From an uncultured Maribacter sp. (GTDB lineage Bacteria; Bacteroidota; Bacteroidia; Flavobacteriales; Flavobacteriaceae), in NCBI GenBank assembly GCA_964614665.1, contig CAZTLZ010000001.1, forward strand, positions 563-64,562: DNA of 64,000 nucleotides, in the 5' to 3' direction. The notes beneath the pieces are model-generated. The model was given only the letters and a program-made list of their open reading frames with translations, searched no databases and was not told the origin of the DNA. Positions within the stretch are counted from its first letter, which is position 1, and each line of letters starts with the position of its first letter. Made by a program: the position numbers and the translations under genes. Positions 8,266 to 18,644 of the stretch are shown piece after piece.

Positions 8266-9273
8266 ATGACAAGAAAAAATCAAACCCTGGGAGAGTTCAT
8301 CATTGAGAATCAAGATTCTTTTCAATACTCTTCTGGAGAACTTTCGAAACTCATAAATGCTATTCGTTTAGCCGCAAAGGTTGTCAACCATGAGGTCAAC
8401 AAAGCAGGGCTTGTAGATATTTTAGGAAAGGCAGGAGAAACAAATATTCAAGGTGAAGATCAGCAGAAACTTGATGTATTTGCTAATGAAAAATTCATAA
8501 ATACACTAAAGAATCGCGAGATTGTATGCGGTATCGCTTCCGAAGAAGAAGATGATTTTATTAGCATTAACAGTAATGACGAACGCCATCAGAATAAATA
8601 TGTGGTATTGATTGATCCTTTGGATGGTTCTTCTAACGTAGATGTAAATGTATCCGTAGGCACGATTTTTTCCATATATAGACGAAAAACTCCAGTTGGC
8701 ACTCCCGTAACTCTAGAAGATTTTCTACAACCGGGCAAAGAGCAAGTTGCCGCAGGATATATAGTATATGGCACCTCTACCATGTTAGTTTACACTACGG
8801 GTGATGGGGTAAACGGCTTTACTTTGAACCCAGCTATTGGAACTTTTTACCTATCGCATCCTGATATGCAATTTCCCGAAACAGGGAAAATCTATTCAGT
8901 TAATGAGGGTAATTATATCCACTTTCATCAGGGCGTAAAAGATTATATCAAGTATTGTCAAAAAGAAGAGGGAGATAGACCTTACACATCAAGATACATA
9001 GGTTCTCTGGTTTCTGATTTTCACAGGAATATGATAAAGGGCGGCATCTATTTGTATCCAAAGAGTAGTATTACCGAAGAGGGTAAACTGCGCCTGCTTT
9101 ATGAATGCAATCCAATGGCCTTTCTAGCCGAACAGGCGAATGGTCTCGCAATTGGGGGTAAAAGTCGCATTATGGATATTGAACCCACAGAGCTTCATCA
9201 AAGAGTACCGTTTTTCTGCGGAAGTCGTAAAATGGTCGAAAAACTTCAGGAGTTTTTAAATAAATATCATTAA
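8266..9273 (+). CDS. fbp: Fructose-1,6-bisphosphatase class 1
   Basis: [39 protein letters not shown] motifs. Confidence 0.96.
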   Translation: MTRKNQTLGEFIIENQDSFQYSSGELSKLINAIRLAAKVVNHEVNKAGLVDILGKAGETNIQGEDQQKLDVFANEKFINTLKNREIVCGIASEEEDDFISINSNDERHQNKYVVLIDPLDGSSNVDVNVSVGTIFSIYRRKTPVGTPVTLEDFLQPGKEQVAAGYIVYGTSTMLVYTTGDGVNGFTLNPAIGTFYLSHPDMQFPETGKIYSVNEGNYIHFHQGVKDYIKYCQKEEGDRPYTSRYIGSLVSDFHRNMIKGGIYLYPKSSITEEGKLRLLYECNPMAFLAEQANGLAIGGKSRIMDIEPTELHQRVPFFCGSRKMVEKLQEFLNKYH

Positions 9274-9277
9274 AGAG

Positions 9278-9299
9278 GGAGGTGTTTGCCTCCTTTTTT
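9278..9299 (+). terminator. Intrinsic terminator after fbp
   Basis: GGAGGT-gttt-GCCTCC stem-loop followed by a T run. Confidence 0.75.
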
Positions 9300-9315
9300 A
9301 ATAGCATTGGAATCT

Positions 9316-9747
9316 TTATCGATTCATATTTTTAATCTCGTCAACAAAGTTTTCCTTATCAACCCCTGCATGAACTAATTTCAACGCCTTGTCTACTACA
9401 TAGGTAATATTTCCTGTAGAAAATCCAAGACCTACACCTAGCCTTTCAAGCATTCCCGTCTGTTTTTCTCCCAAAACATGATCAGCATATACCATTCTGG
9501 CCAAATCATACAAACGCTCTAAACGCACATTGTAACTTGTTGGGGGATTAATCGGGTGTGACTTGTAGTCTTTTAAGATCACTTTGTAATCCTCTTCAGT
9601 GATATCTAATCTTGAGGCCAACCTGTGCAAAAAAGTTCGTTCGTCATCGGTGATTACCTCATCACTCATAGCTACCCGAACAATGGAAGCGAAATGGTCT
9701 CGGTTGCGTTTTTTAAAACCACTATCAAACATATCTAAAATGGACAT
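9316..9747 (-). CDS. TerB-like (tellurite resistance B fold) protein
   Basis: VRVAMSDEVITDDERTFL and LARMVYADHVL paired TerB-like helices. Confidence 0.75.
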   Translation of the reverse strand: MSILDMFDSGFKKRNRDHFASIVRVAMSDEVITDDERTFLHRLASRLDITEEDYKVILKDYKSHPINPPTSYNVRLERLYDLARMVYADHVLGEKQTGMLERLGVGLGFSTGNITYVVDKALKLVHAGVDKENFVDEIKNMNR

Positions 9748-9850
9748 ACACATAAAGTTTAAGGGGACAAATATAATTTTTTAAGGTCATGTTTTAAAAT
9801 CACATTGATTATTTATTATCTGTAACTTTCAGCAATAGGATCAAAGGGAA

Positions 9851-12319
9851 ATGACTCGAGAAGAACTATATCATATTGCCGAATCATGGTTTCAAGAACA
9901 AAGTTGGAAGCCTTTCAAATTTCAAAAAGACACCTGGAAGGCCTTTTTGCAAGGCAAACATGGATTGTTGAACGCACCAACAGGTAGTGGAAAAACATAT
10001 GCACTATGGTTTCCTATTGTTTTAAACTATATCAAAAAAAATCCGCAATATAAAACCGAGCACAGAAAAGGGTTAAAGGCAGTATGGATAACACCCTTAA
10101 GAGCACTTTCAGAAGAAATAAGACAATCAGCAGAACGGGTTACGACTGATTTGGGTACGCAAATGACCGTTGGAATACGCACAGGTGACACTTCGACCAA
10201 AGCGCGGGCCGCAATGAAAAAACAAATGCCTGATTTGCTGATTACAACCCCGGAGAGTTTACAATTGCTATTGGCTTCCAAAGACTATGATAAAATGTTC
10301 AAAGATTGTTCTGCAATCGTTGTTGACGAATGGCATGAACTTCTAGGCACCAAACGGGGAGTACAAATGGAGCTTGCCCTTTCACGATTAAAAACAGTTT
10401 CAAAACAACTGCGTATTTGGGGTATTTCTGCAACAATAGGAAATCTAAATCAGGCCAGAGCCGTACTTCTTGGGCCAGAAACAGCCGCTTTGGACAACTC
10501 CATATTAATCAAAGCGAACATCAAAAAGAAGATAACGGTCAGAAGTATCATCCCTAAAGAAATGGAGACCTTTCCGTGGCGCGGACATCTTGGAATTCGA
10601 TTGTTGGAAGATGTAGTTCCTATTATAAACAACAGCAAAACTACCTTACTTTTCACTAATACCAGAAGTCAATGTGAAATCTGGTTTCAAAAGATTCTAG
10701 AGAAGCATCCTGAATATGCCGGTGAGATCGCCATGCATCACGGAAGCATTAACAAAGAAACCCGCAATTGGGTCGAACAGGCGATTCGAAATGAAAGTTT
10801 AAAAGCGGTGGTGTGTACTTCAAGTTTGGACTTAGGGGTAGATTTTGCTCCCGTAGAGACTGTGATACAAATTGGAGGGCCCAAAGGCGTGGCCCGTTTT
10901 TTACAACGTGCTGGTCGAAGTGGCCACCGACCCGGAAAGGAGAGTGTGATTTACTTCATGCCAACCCATGCTATTGAATTGATAGAGGCTTCCGCATTGC
11001 AACAGGCTGTAAAACAGAATACCGTAGAGGATCGAATACCGTATCTCAACAGTTACGATGTCTTACTACAATATTTGACCACTTTGGCTATCTCCAATGG
11101 ATTTTTTCCAGATGAAATCTATAAAGAAGTTCGACAAACTTTTTGTTATCAAACCTTGACGAAAGACCAATGGCAATGGCTTTTGAACTTTTTGGTAATG
11201 GGCAGTCAGAGCCTGCAATCATATGATGAATACAAAAAAGTAAATGTTGAAGAAGATGGAAAATTCAAAGTCAATGACCGTGGCGTTGCAATGCGACATC
11301 GATTTCAAATAGGCACAATTGTCGGTGATGTTAATCTGACCGTGCGCTATCAAAAAGGGGGATATATTGGCTCCATCGAAGAGTACTTCATTTCCAAACT
11401 CAACAAAGGTGATGTCTTTACTTTTGCCGGGCGGAATCTCGAATTTATTCGAATTAAAGGAATGCAGGTGCATGTTCGAAACTCCACTAAAAGAACCAGT
11501 AGGGTTTCGAGTTGGATGGGCAGTCGTATGACACTCTCAGCGCAGATGTCAAAATTACTACGGGAAGAGTTGTATTCTTCATACGCTGACGAAAAAGAGC
11601 AGTCTCCGGAAATTCGGTCCTTAGCCCAGATCTTTGAAAGGCAACGTCGTGAAAGTATTGTGCCCAAACCGAGTGAATTCTTAATAGAGACATTTAAGAC
11701 CGAAGATGGCTACCACCATATTTTTTATCCTTTCGAAGGTCGATTTGTGCATGAGGCGATGGGTAGTTTGCTCGGTTATCGAATAAGCCTGCTCTCCCCT
11801 ATCACCTTCTCCTTGGCCTTCAATGACTATGGATTCGAGTTACTTTCTGACAAACCGATCGATATGCAACAAGTACTCGATAATGATTTGTTTACCACGG
11901 ATTTTTTATTGGATGATTTGGAGAAAAGTCTAAACGCCACCGAAATGGCCCGCCGCAAGTTTCGTGATATAGCCATTATCAGTGGAATGGTTTTCACGGG
12001 CTACCCAAATAAGGGCATCAAAATGAAGCACTTGCAAAGCAACTCGCAATTACTGTTCGAAGTATTTCGTGATTACGAACCAGAAAACTTGTTGTTTCAA
12101 CAAGCTTTTGTTGAAACCTTTCAACATCAATTGGAAGAAGGAAGGTTACGTCTTTCACTCGAACGCATTGCCACACAGAAAATAGTTTGGAAACAGTGTG
12201 AAAAGGCAACCCCTTTTGCCTTTCCATTAATTACGGATAGGCTAAGTCGTGAAAAACTATCCAGTGAAAGATGGGAAGACCGTATTAAACGTATGGCCGC
12301 AATTTTGATGAAGAAATAA
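9851..12319 (+). CDS. lhr: Ligase-associated DNA damage response DEXH-box helicase (Lhr-core family)
   Basis: APTGSGKT, ITPLRAL, RTGDT, DEWHE, HHGS, SLDLGVD, QRAGRSGH; DEAD-associated C-terminal region. Confidence 0.9.
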   Translation: MTREELYHIAESWFQEQSWKPFKFQKDTWKAFLQGKHGLLNAPTGSGKTYALWFPIVLNYIKKNPQYKTEHRKGLKAVWITPLRALSEEIRQSAERVTTDLGTQMTVGIRTGDTSTKARAAMKKQMPDLLITTPESLQLLLASKDYDKMFKDCSAIVVDEWHELLGTKRGVQMELALSRLKTVSKQLRIWGISATIGNLNQARAVLLGPETAALDNSILIKANIKKKITVRSIIPKEMETFPWRGHLGIRLLEDVVPIINNSKTTLLFTNTRSQCEIWFQKILEKHPEYAGEIAMHHGSINKETRNWVEQAIRNESLKAVVCTSSLDLGVDFAPVETVIQIGGPKGVARFLQRAGRSGHRPGKESVIYFMPTHAIELIEASALQQAVKQNTVEDRIPYLNSYDVLLQYLTTLAISNGFFPDEIYKEVRQTFCYQTLTKDQWQWLLNFLVMGSQSLQSYDEYKKVNVEEDGKFKVNDRGVAMRHRFQIGTIVGDVNLTVRYQKGGYIGSIEEYFISKLNKGDVFTFAGRNLEFIRIKGMQVHVRNSTKRTSRVSSWMGSRMTLSAQMSKLLREELYSSYADEKEQSPEIRSLAQIFERQRRESIVPKPSEFLIETFKTEDGYHHIFYPFEGRFVHEAMGSLLGYRISLLSPITFSLAFNDYGFELLSDKPIDMQQVLDNDLFTTDFLLDDLEKSLNATEMARRKFRDIAIISGMVFTGYPNKGIKMKHLQSNSQLLFEVFRDYEPENLLFQQAFVETFQHQLEEGRLRLSLERIATQKIVWKQCEKATPFAFPLITDRLSREKLSSERWEDRIKRMAAILMKK

Positions 12320-12334
12320 ATACCTTTGATTCTT

Positions 12335-13009
12335 ATGAATACCGAATCCATCGAAATCAAAAATCAGAACTTTGTCATGCATCCCTCGGGGGTGCTTTTT
12401 TGGTCAGAAAAATCGATGCTATTGATTAGTGATATACATTTGGGAAAGGTTTCGCACTTTCGAAAATTTGGCGCGGCCGTGCCGCAAAAGGCTATTGCTA
12501 AAAACTTTGACTCGATGAACGAAGTTATTGGTCGCTTTCATCCTGAAACCATTATTTTCATGGGCGATCTATTTCATTCCTCATTGAACAAAGAATGGGA
12601 GCTTTTTGAAAAATGGACTTCAGAGATTGGCTCAAAAATGATTTTGGTGATTGGCAATCACGATATTATTTCTCCCATTAAATATGAAAATCTAGGAATT
12701 GAAGTGGTTCCTGAAATTATTTCCGAGGGGTTTCTTTTAACACACCATCCCGAAGAGCGTGAAGGGTTTTTTAACTTTTGTGGCCATATTCATCCCGCAA
12801 TTAGGTTAAGAGGAATGGGAAGGCAGTCCGTACGTTTGCGTTGCTTTTTCAAATCTGAGGCGCAGCTATTACTTCCAGCATTTGGTGAATTCACTGGCTC
12901 ACATACTATGGAACCTGAAGAAAATTGTCAGATTTTTGCCTTATTGGGTGACACCGTACTATCCGTTCCTTTTAAATCCGCGAGACGGAAAAAACGCGTA
13001 TCAAGATAA
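12335..13009 (+). CDS. pdeM: Ligase-associated DNA damage response metallophosphoesterase/endonuclease PdeM
   Basis: SDIHLGK, GDLFH, GNHD, GHIHP, LPAFG..TG; immediately follows the Lhr helicase. Confidence 0.88.
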   Translation: MNTESIEIKNQNFVMHPSGVLFWSEKSMLLISDIHLGKVSHFRKFGAAVPQKAIAKNFDSMNEVIGRFHPETIIFMGDLFHSSLNKEWELFEKWTSEIGSKMILVIGNHDIISPIKYENLGIEVVPEIISEGFLLTHHPEEREGFFNFCGHIHPAIRLRGMGRQSVRLRCFFKSEAQLLLPAFGEFTGSHTMEPEENCQIFALLGDTVLSVPFKSARRKKRVSR

Positions 13010-13059
13010 TCTCCAAAATTTTATTTCTTTAATACGTTGTGGTGAACCTGAGGAGAGGT

Positions 13060-13067
13060 TATCTTTG
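13060..13067 (+). promoter_or_regulatory. Bacteroidota housekeeping -7 promoter element upstream of mfd
   Basis: TATCTTTG matches TAnnTTTG, 18 nt before the mfd start. Confidence 0.6.
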
Positions 13068-13085
13068 CAGTTCAAATTTTAACGG

Positions 13086-16000
13086 TTGACCCAAAGTAGC
13101 ATTCAACAACTGTTTTCACAGTCTCCAAAAACCCGGAAACTGCGACATGCTATTGCCGAATCTGAAAATAGTATTGTTTTAAAAGGTTTAACCGGATCTT
13201 CTCTTTCCTTTGCTTTATCTGATGCTTTTCGAAATTCTTCGACCCCCTTTCTATTGGTTTTTGATGATAAGGAAGAAGCTGCTTATTACCTAAACGATTT
13301 CGAACAACTCGTAGGTTCCAAAGATGTACTATTCTATCCTGGAAGCTATAGACGCCCATATCAAATTGAAGAAACGGATAATGCTAATGTTCTGCTTCGT
13401 GCAGAAGTTCTAAATCGCATTAATTCGCGAAAGAGACCTGCAGTTATTATTACCTATCCAGATGCACTTTTCGAAAAGGTGGTGACCCGAAGGGAATTGG
13501 AAAAAAACACTCTTAAGATAAAACTGGATGATACGCTGTCATTAGACTTTCTAAATGAAGTACTCTTCGAATATCAATTTAAGCGTGTTGATTTCGTTAC
13601 CGAGCCTGGCGAGTTTTCCGTCCGTGGTGGCATCGTAGATGTATTCTCATTCTCACATGACGAACCCTATCGCATAGAGTTTTTTGGAGATGAAGTCGAC
13701 AGTATCAGAACCTTCGATGTGGAAACGCAGCTATCAACTGAAAAGGTAAAGAAAATCAGTATTATTCCCAATGTGGCCAATAAATTCACTGATGAAAAAA
13801 GGGAAAGCTTTTTAAAGTATATTTCTTCCGAGACAATCATTTTCACCAAGAATACGGACTTGCTTTTGGCAAGACTAGACAATTTTTTTGGAAAGGCGGA
13901 AGAGGCTTTTACTAAACTTTCTTCGGTAATAAAGCATGCCAAACCCGAAGAGCTCTTTTTGAGTTCAGATAGTTTCAAAGAACAGTTAAAGGATTTCTTA
14001 CTGTTAAAATCCGGATCTCAACAAGTTCAACTCGAGAATAAAATCGAATTCCTAACAAAGCCCCAACCCTCCTTTAACAAGAAGTTCGACCTGTTGATTG
14101 AAAACCTCAATGGGTACAAAGAACAGGGCTATGCCAATTATATTTTCTGCTCCACCGAGCAACAAGCACAACGCTTTCATGACATTTTTGAAGAAGTTGA
14201 CGAGCAAGTTCACTACAAAACAGTGGTTTTTCCACTATATCAAGGTTTCGTTGACGATGATTTAAAAATCGCCTGCTATACAGATCATCAAATTTTTGAA
14301 CGTTATCATAAATACCATTTAAAAAATGGATACGCCAAGAAACAGGCCATTACTCTTAAGGAACTCAACAAACTTGAAATAGGTGACTATGTTACCCATA
14401 TTGACCATGGCATCGGAAAATTTGGAGGACTCCAAAAAATTGATGTTGAAGGTAAAAAACAAGAAGCCATCAAATTGATGTATGGTGAACGAGACATTTT
14501 ATATGTGAGCATCCACTCACTGCATAAAATCTCTAAGTTCAATGGAAAAGATGGCGCAGTACCTAAAATTTATAAGCTAGGTTCGGCCGCTTGGAAAAAA
14601 ATCAAACAAAAGACCAAATCGAGGGTAAAGAAAATTGCTTTTGACCTTATTAAGGTTTACGCCAAACGCCGATTGGAAAAAGGCTTTCAATATGACCCCG
14701 ATGGCTACCTACAACACGAATTAGAGGCTTCTTTTATTTACGAAGATACCCCTGATCAAAGTAAGGCAACTGAAGATGTCAAAAGAGATATGGAAAGTGA
14801 GCGCCCCATGGATCGGTTGATATGTGGAGATGTTGGATTCGGAAAAACCGAAGTAGCGATAAGGGCGGCTTTCAAAGCCGTTGCAAATGGCAAACAAGTG
14901 GCTGTTTTAGTGCCTACCACTATTCTGGCCTTTCAACACAGCAAAACCTTTAGAGAGCGATTGAAAGATATGCCGGTTACAGTTGATTATTTGAACCGTT
15001 TCCGCACAACCAAAGAACGCCAAGAAACCTTGAAAAAGCTGGAGGCAGGTACGATCGATATTATTATTGGAACTCACCAACTTGTGAACAAAAATGTAAA
15101 ATTCAAAGACCTCGGCCTTTTGATTGTTGATGAAGAGCAGAAGTTTGGTGTTTCGGTCAAAGACAAATTGAAGTCTATAAAAGAAAATGTGGATGTGTTG
15201 ACATTAACCGCGACGCCCATACCTAGAACTTTGCAATTTAGTTTGATGGCCGCCCGTGATTTATCCATCATTAATACCCCTCCCCCGAATCGATACCCTA
15301 TTGAAAGTCAAGTTATACGATTTGGTGAGGAAACCATACGTGATGCTATTATTTATGAGATACAGCGTGGAGGTCAAGTTTTCTATATCCATAACCGTAT
15401 TGAAAATATTAAGGAAGTAGCGGGCATGATTCAACGTCTAGTACCTGATGCCAAAGTAGGCATTGGCCATGGACAGATGGAAGGCAAAAAATTGGAATCC
15501 CTGATGTTGGCCTTTATGAATGGGGAATTCGATGTACTCGTTTCAACGACTATCGTAGAAAGTGGCCTTGATGTTACTAATGCCAATACCATTTTCATCA
15601 ACAATGCCAACAATTTCGGACTAAGTGACTTGCATCAGATGAGGGGTCGTGTGGGGCGTAGTAACAAAAAAGCTTTCTGCTATTTTATTACCCCTGCCTA
15701 TGATGTCATGACACCAGATGCTCGAAAGCGAATTCAAGCTTTAGAACAATTCACCGAATTGGGTAGTGGTTTCAATATCGCTATGAAAGACCTAGAAATA
15801 AGAGGAGCTGGCGATCTACTCGGAGGTGAACAAAGTGGTTTTATCAATGAAATCGGTTTTGATGCCTACCAAAAAATATTGGCTGAGGCCATAGATGAAC
15901 TTAAGGGAAATGAGTTTAAGGAACTCTATAGCGAAGTGGAAGGCCACCAAGAAAAACCCTTTTTAAAAGAGACACTACTAGATTCAGATTTTGAATTGCT

Positions 16001-16454
16001 CTTTCCTGATGATTATATCAACAACATCACCGAACGGTTAAACCTTTATACCCAATTAAATGAGGTCGATTCTGAGGAAAAGCTTAAGACGTATGAGGCT
16101 GAGCTTATTGATCGCTTTGGCGAATTACCAATAGAGGCCGAAGATTTGTTGAATTCTGTACGTATCAAATGGATTGCCAATAGCATCGGACTCGAAAAAG
16201 TGGTAATGAAAAAAGGGAAACTAATAGGTTATTTCATCTCGGATCAACAATCAGAATTCTACCAAAGCGCAACTTTTACGAAAGTGTTACAGTTTGTTCA
16301 GATGAACGCTCAAAAATGCAAAATGAAGGAAAAGCAAACACGAAACGGCCTTCGTTTGTTACTGGTCTTTGAAGAAGTTTTATCTATTCAAAAAGCGCTA
16401 CAGTCGCTAGAACCGTTGGGAGATTTCGGTCATATGAAAGCACAATTTACATAA
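13086..16454 (+). CDS. mfd: Transcription-repair coupling factor
   Basis: UvrB-like N-terminus, HIDHGIGKF RID domain, GDVGFGKTEVA, DEEQKFG, HQMRGRVGRS, DLEIRGAG, TRCF C-terminus. Confidence 0.97.
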   Translation: MTQSSIQQLFSQSPKTRKLRHAIAESENSIVLKGLTGSSLSFALSDAFRNSSTPFLLVFDDKEEAAYYLNDFEQLVGSKDVLFYPGSYRRPYQIEETDNANVLLRAEVLNRINSRKRPAVIITYPDALFEKVVTRRELEKNTLKIKLDDTLSLDFLNEVLFEYQFKRVDFVTEPGEFSVRGGIVDVFSFSHDEPYRIEFFGDEVDSIRTFDVETQLSTEKVKKISIIPNVANKFTDEKRESFLKYISSETIIFTKNTDLLLARLDNFFGKAEEAFTKLSSVIKHAKPEELFLSSDSFKEQLKDFLLLKSGSQQVQLENKIEFLTKPQPSFNKKFDLLIENLNGYKEQGYANYIFCSTEQQAQRFHDIFEEVDEQVHYKTVVFPLYQGFVDDDLKIACYTDHQIFERYHKYHLKNGYAKKQAITLKELNKLEIGDYVTHIDHGIGKFGGLQKIDVEGKKQEAIKLMYGERDILYVSIHSLHKISKFNGKDGAVPKIYKLGSAAWKKIKQKTKSRVKKIAFDLIKVYAKRRLEKGFQYDPDGYLQHELEASFIYEDTPDQSKATEDVKRDMESERPMDRLICGDVGFGKTEVAIRAAFKAVANGKQVAVLVPTTILAFQHSKTFRERLKDMPVTVDYLNRFRTTKERQETLKKLEAGTIDIIIGTHQLVNKNVKFKDLGLLIVDEEQKFGVSVKDKLKSIKENVDVLTLTATPIPRTLQFSLMAARDLSIINTPPPNRYPIESQVIRFGEETIRDAIIYEIQRGGQVFYIHNRIENIKEVAGMIQRLVPDAKVGIGHGQMEGKKLESLMLAFMNGEFDVLVSTTIVESGLDVTNANTIFINNANNFGLSDLHQMRGRVGRSNKKAFCYFITPAYDVMTPDARKRIQALEQFTELGSGFNIAMKDLEIRGAGDLLGGEQSGFINEIGFDAYQKILAEAIDELKGNEFKELYSEVEGHQEKPFLKETLLDSDFELLFPDDYINNITERLNLYTQLNEVDSEEKLKTYEAELIDRFGELPIEAEDLLNSVRIKWIANSIGLEKVVMKKGKLIGYFISDQQSEFYQSATFTKVLQFVQMNAQKCKMKEKQTRNGLRLLLVFEEVLSIQKALQSLEPLGDFGHMKAQFT

Positions 16455-16588
16455 ACCAGTTTAATGAAAAACTCGTTGCTGCATTAAAAGAAACAAACAT
16501 TCCCTGTTAACAATTCAAAATCGCACTTAGCTTGTCTTCCTCATTTTTATGTACCTTCGCTTCTTTCTAACCCCACAATTAGAAAATT

Positions 16589-16933
16589 ATGCATACTTCA
16601 ACTATCGATTTTTCATTGGCCGAAAAATTGGCCATAGTACATGCTCTAGACCAGATAATTCTTGTTGATGGTCGTGTCCATAAGGGCGAACTCAATGCCC
16701 TAAGCCTATTAATGAATTATCTAGACTTTGACAGTAACTTCATTGTTCAAGCAAGAAATGCGGGGCCGCAACAAGTACTTTTAATTCTTAAGGCAATGTC
16801 TAATAGTAAAAAGGAGGTATTGTCTACTTTACTTGAAGACATGGCACTTGCCGATGGTCATATTCATGAAAAGGAAACTTCATTTATAAGCAAGGTCTAT
16901 TCCTCTATCGACATTGAGAAAAAGGCTGGGTGA
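16589..16933 (+). CDS. TerB-like protein
   Basis: Two internal repeats, IILVDGRVHKGE and MALADGHIHEKE. Confidence 0.7.
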   Translation: MHTSTIDFSLAEKLAIVHALDQIILVDGRVHKGELNALSLLMNYLDFDSNFIVQARNAGPQQVLLILKAMSNSKKEVLSTLLEDMALADGHIHEKETSFISKVYSSIDIEKKAG

Positions 16934-17281
16934 TACTTATGCCTTTAATTCATTGAAAAAATCAAACGCCATAATCGCGTTTGGGAGTTATTGGCCAATA
17001 ACACCGGCAATACCACTTGATACCATTTACGTTGCAGTTACAAGACAAACTTTAGATGGGACCAAACAAAAGGTTCCAGAGGAACAAGGTTTTAACGCCA
17101 CTACTAAAAACATCTCGTATCATTCAAGGAATCTCGAAAAGTGATTCTGGAACCAAGAAAGTCAGTCTACTTCATGATAATCAATAAGAGCGTCATGAAA
17201 ATCAGGCCTGAGGAAATCAAAAATTTAAAAGTCCAAAGAACTTATCTTGATGGAAAGAAAACTTTTGACAAAAATGATTAA
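16914..17281 (+). pseudogene. Remnant 3' end of an amidohydrolase_3 (YtcJ-like) gene
   Basis: TYAFNSL..IAFGSYWP..PL..IYVAVTRQTLDG; after a frameshift, KVILEPRKSVYFMII..IRPEEIKNLKVQRTYLDGKKTF*. Confidence 0.7.
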
Positions 17282-17317
17282 CTTGAATCAATACAAAATA
17301 CATCTAATCTAAAAAAG

Positions 17318-18613
17318 ATGAACACTAAAACATTTTTCCTTCTAATCTTCAATTTGGTCCTTATATCTTCCTGCAAGGAAAATGAGCCCAAGGAGAAAAT
17401 TGTCCATGCTGACGATGAAATCGTAATTACTCAAGAAGCAAAGTCTCGAATCGATTCGGTCCTAAAAGGTTTCGTCGATGCAGGAAATATAGCAGGGGTT
17501 TCAGCACTAATCTTCGAAAAGGACCAAGAGGTATACTTCAACGCTTTTGGCTATGCAGACCGCGAAGCAACAGAATCTATGAACCGAAATACCATAGTTC
17601 AAATCTATTCGATGACCAAACCCATTACAGGGGTAGCTCTAATGAATCTTTATGAGGAAGGTAAATTCTCCCTAGATGACCCGCTGTCAAAATATGCTCC
17701 GGAGTTCTCAAACATGACTGTTTTTAAAGAAGTTGACAAGAAAGGTAATCTTATAACAGAACCTTTGAACAGACCTATTACAATCCGAGATATCACCAGA
17801 CATACGGCTGGTTTTCCAAGAAATTCCAATATCGAAGGGCTAGGACCAATTATAGCTGATATTGATGCACTGAACCGCAACAATTCGTTAACCCAAATGG
17901 CCGAAAAAATGGGGAAGACCCCACTTATTTTCCAACCCGGAACGCAATGGGAGTATGGCCCTTGTGTAGACGTACAGGCTTTTATGGTAGAACGCATTTC
18001 CGGAGAACCGTATCGTGATTATGTTCGTAAAAATGTATTGGATCCCCTAGGCATGCATGAAACACGCTATTTTATTCCTGAAGAGGACCGCAATCGCTTT
18101 GCAGCGTTGTACGTAAGAAAGGGGGAAGGAGTACTGGAAAGAGATACGATTACCTATGATAACTACACAGAACACTGGCCCCTAACTCGAGGTGGTTCTG
18201 GCTTGACCTCCACCTTAGACAATTATATGCGTTTCGCGCGAATGTTGGTTAAGGGCGGTGCACTGGATTCAGTTCGAATCCTACAATCTAAAACTATTGA
18301 TCTAATGGCTACCAACCAACTGGCAGATACCATTACCGAACGTTCATTTTTACCAAGCAAGGGGCAGGTAGGGTTCGGAATAGACTTCGCAGTTCGGGTG
18401 GCTCCACCCGCTAATTCAGAAGAAAATAACGGTGTAGTTGGTGAATTTTTTTGGGATGGGGCAGCAAGTACTTTATTTTGGGTAGACCCGGTCAATGAGC
18501 TGACAGCGGTATTGTTCGTACAATTATTTCCGTATGACCAAATAGGGCTTCACAAGAGTTTTCGAGATGCTGTTTATGGGTCATTTGAAACAATTTCAAA
18601 TGAAAAGCAATAG
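17318..18613 (+). CDS. Serine hydrolase (beta-lactamase class C-like family) lipoprotein
   Basis: Lipobox LISSC, YSMTK (SxxK), TRHTAG, QPGTQWEYG, FFWDGAAST. Confidence 0.85.
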   Translation: MNTKTFFLLIFNLVLISSCKENEPKEKIVHADDEIVITQEAKSRIDSVLKGFVDAGNIAGVSALIFEKDQEVYFNAFGYADREATESMNRNTIVQIYSMTKPITGVALMNLYEEGKFSLDDPLSKYAPEFSNMTVFKEVDKKGNLITEPLNRPITIRDITRHTAGFPRNSNIEGLGPIIADIDALNRNNSLTQMAEKMGKTPLIFQPGTQWEYGPCVDVQAFMVERISGEPYRDYVRKNVLDPLGMHETRYFIPEEDRNRFAALYVRKGEGVLERDTITYDNYTEHWPLTRGGSGLTSTLDNYMRFARMLVKGGALDSVRILQSKTIDLMATNQLADTITERSFLPSKGQVGFGIDFAVRVAPPANSEENNGVVGEFFWDGAASTLFWVDPVNELTAVLFVQLFPYDQIGLHKSFRDAVYGSFETISNEKQ

Positions 18614-18644
18614 TTTTGGTGCAGTTTTTGAATAGCATTTTCAC

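Noticed and set aside
17318-18613. Beta-lactam resistance gene (also 28511..29782)
   Set aside because: The SxxK serine-hydrolase fold is shared by many esterases and peptidases; there is no specific AmpC evidence.
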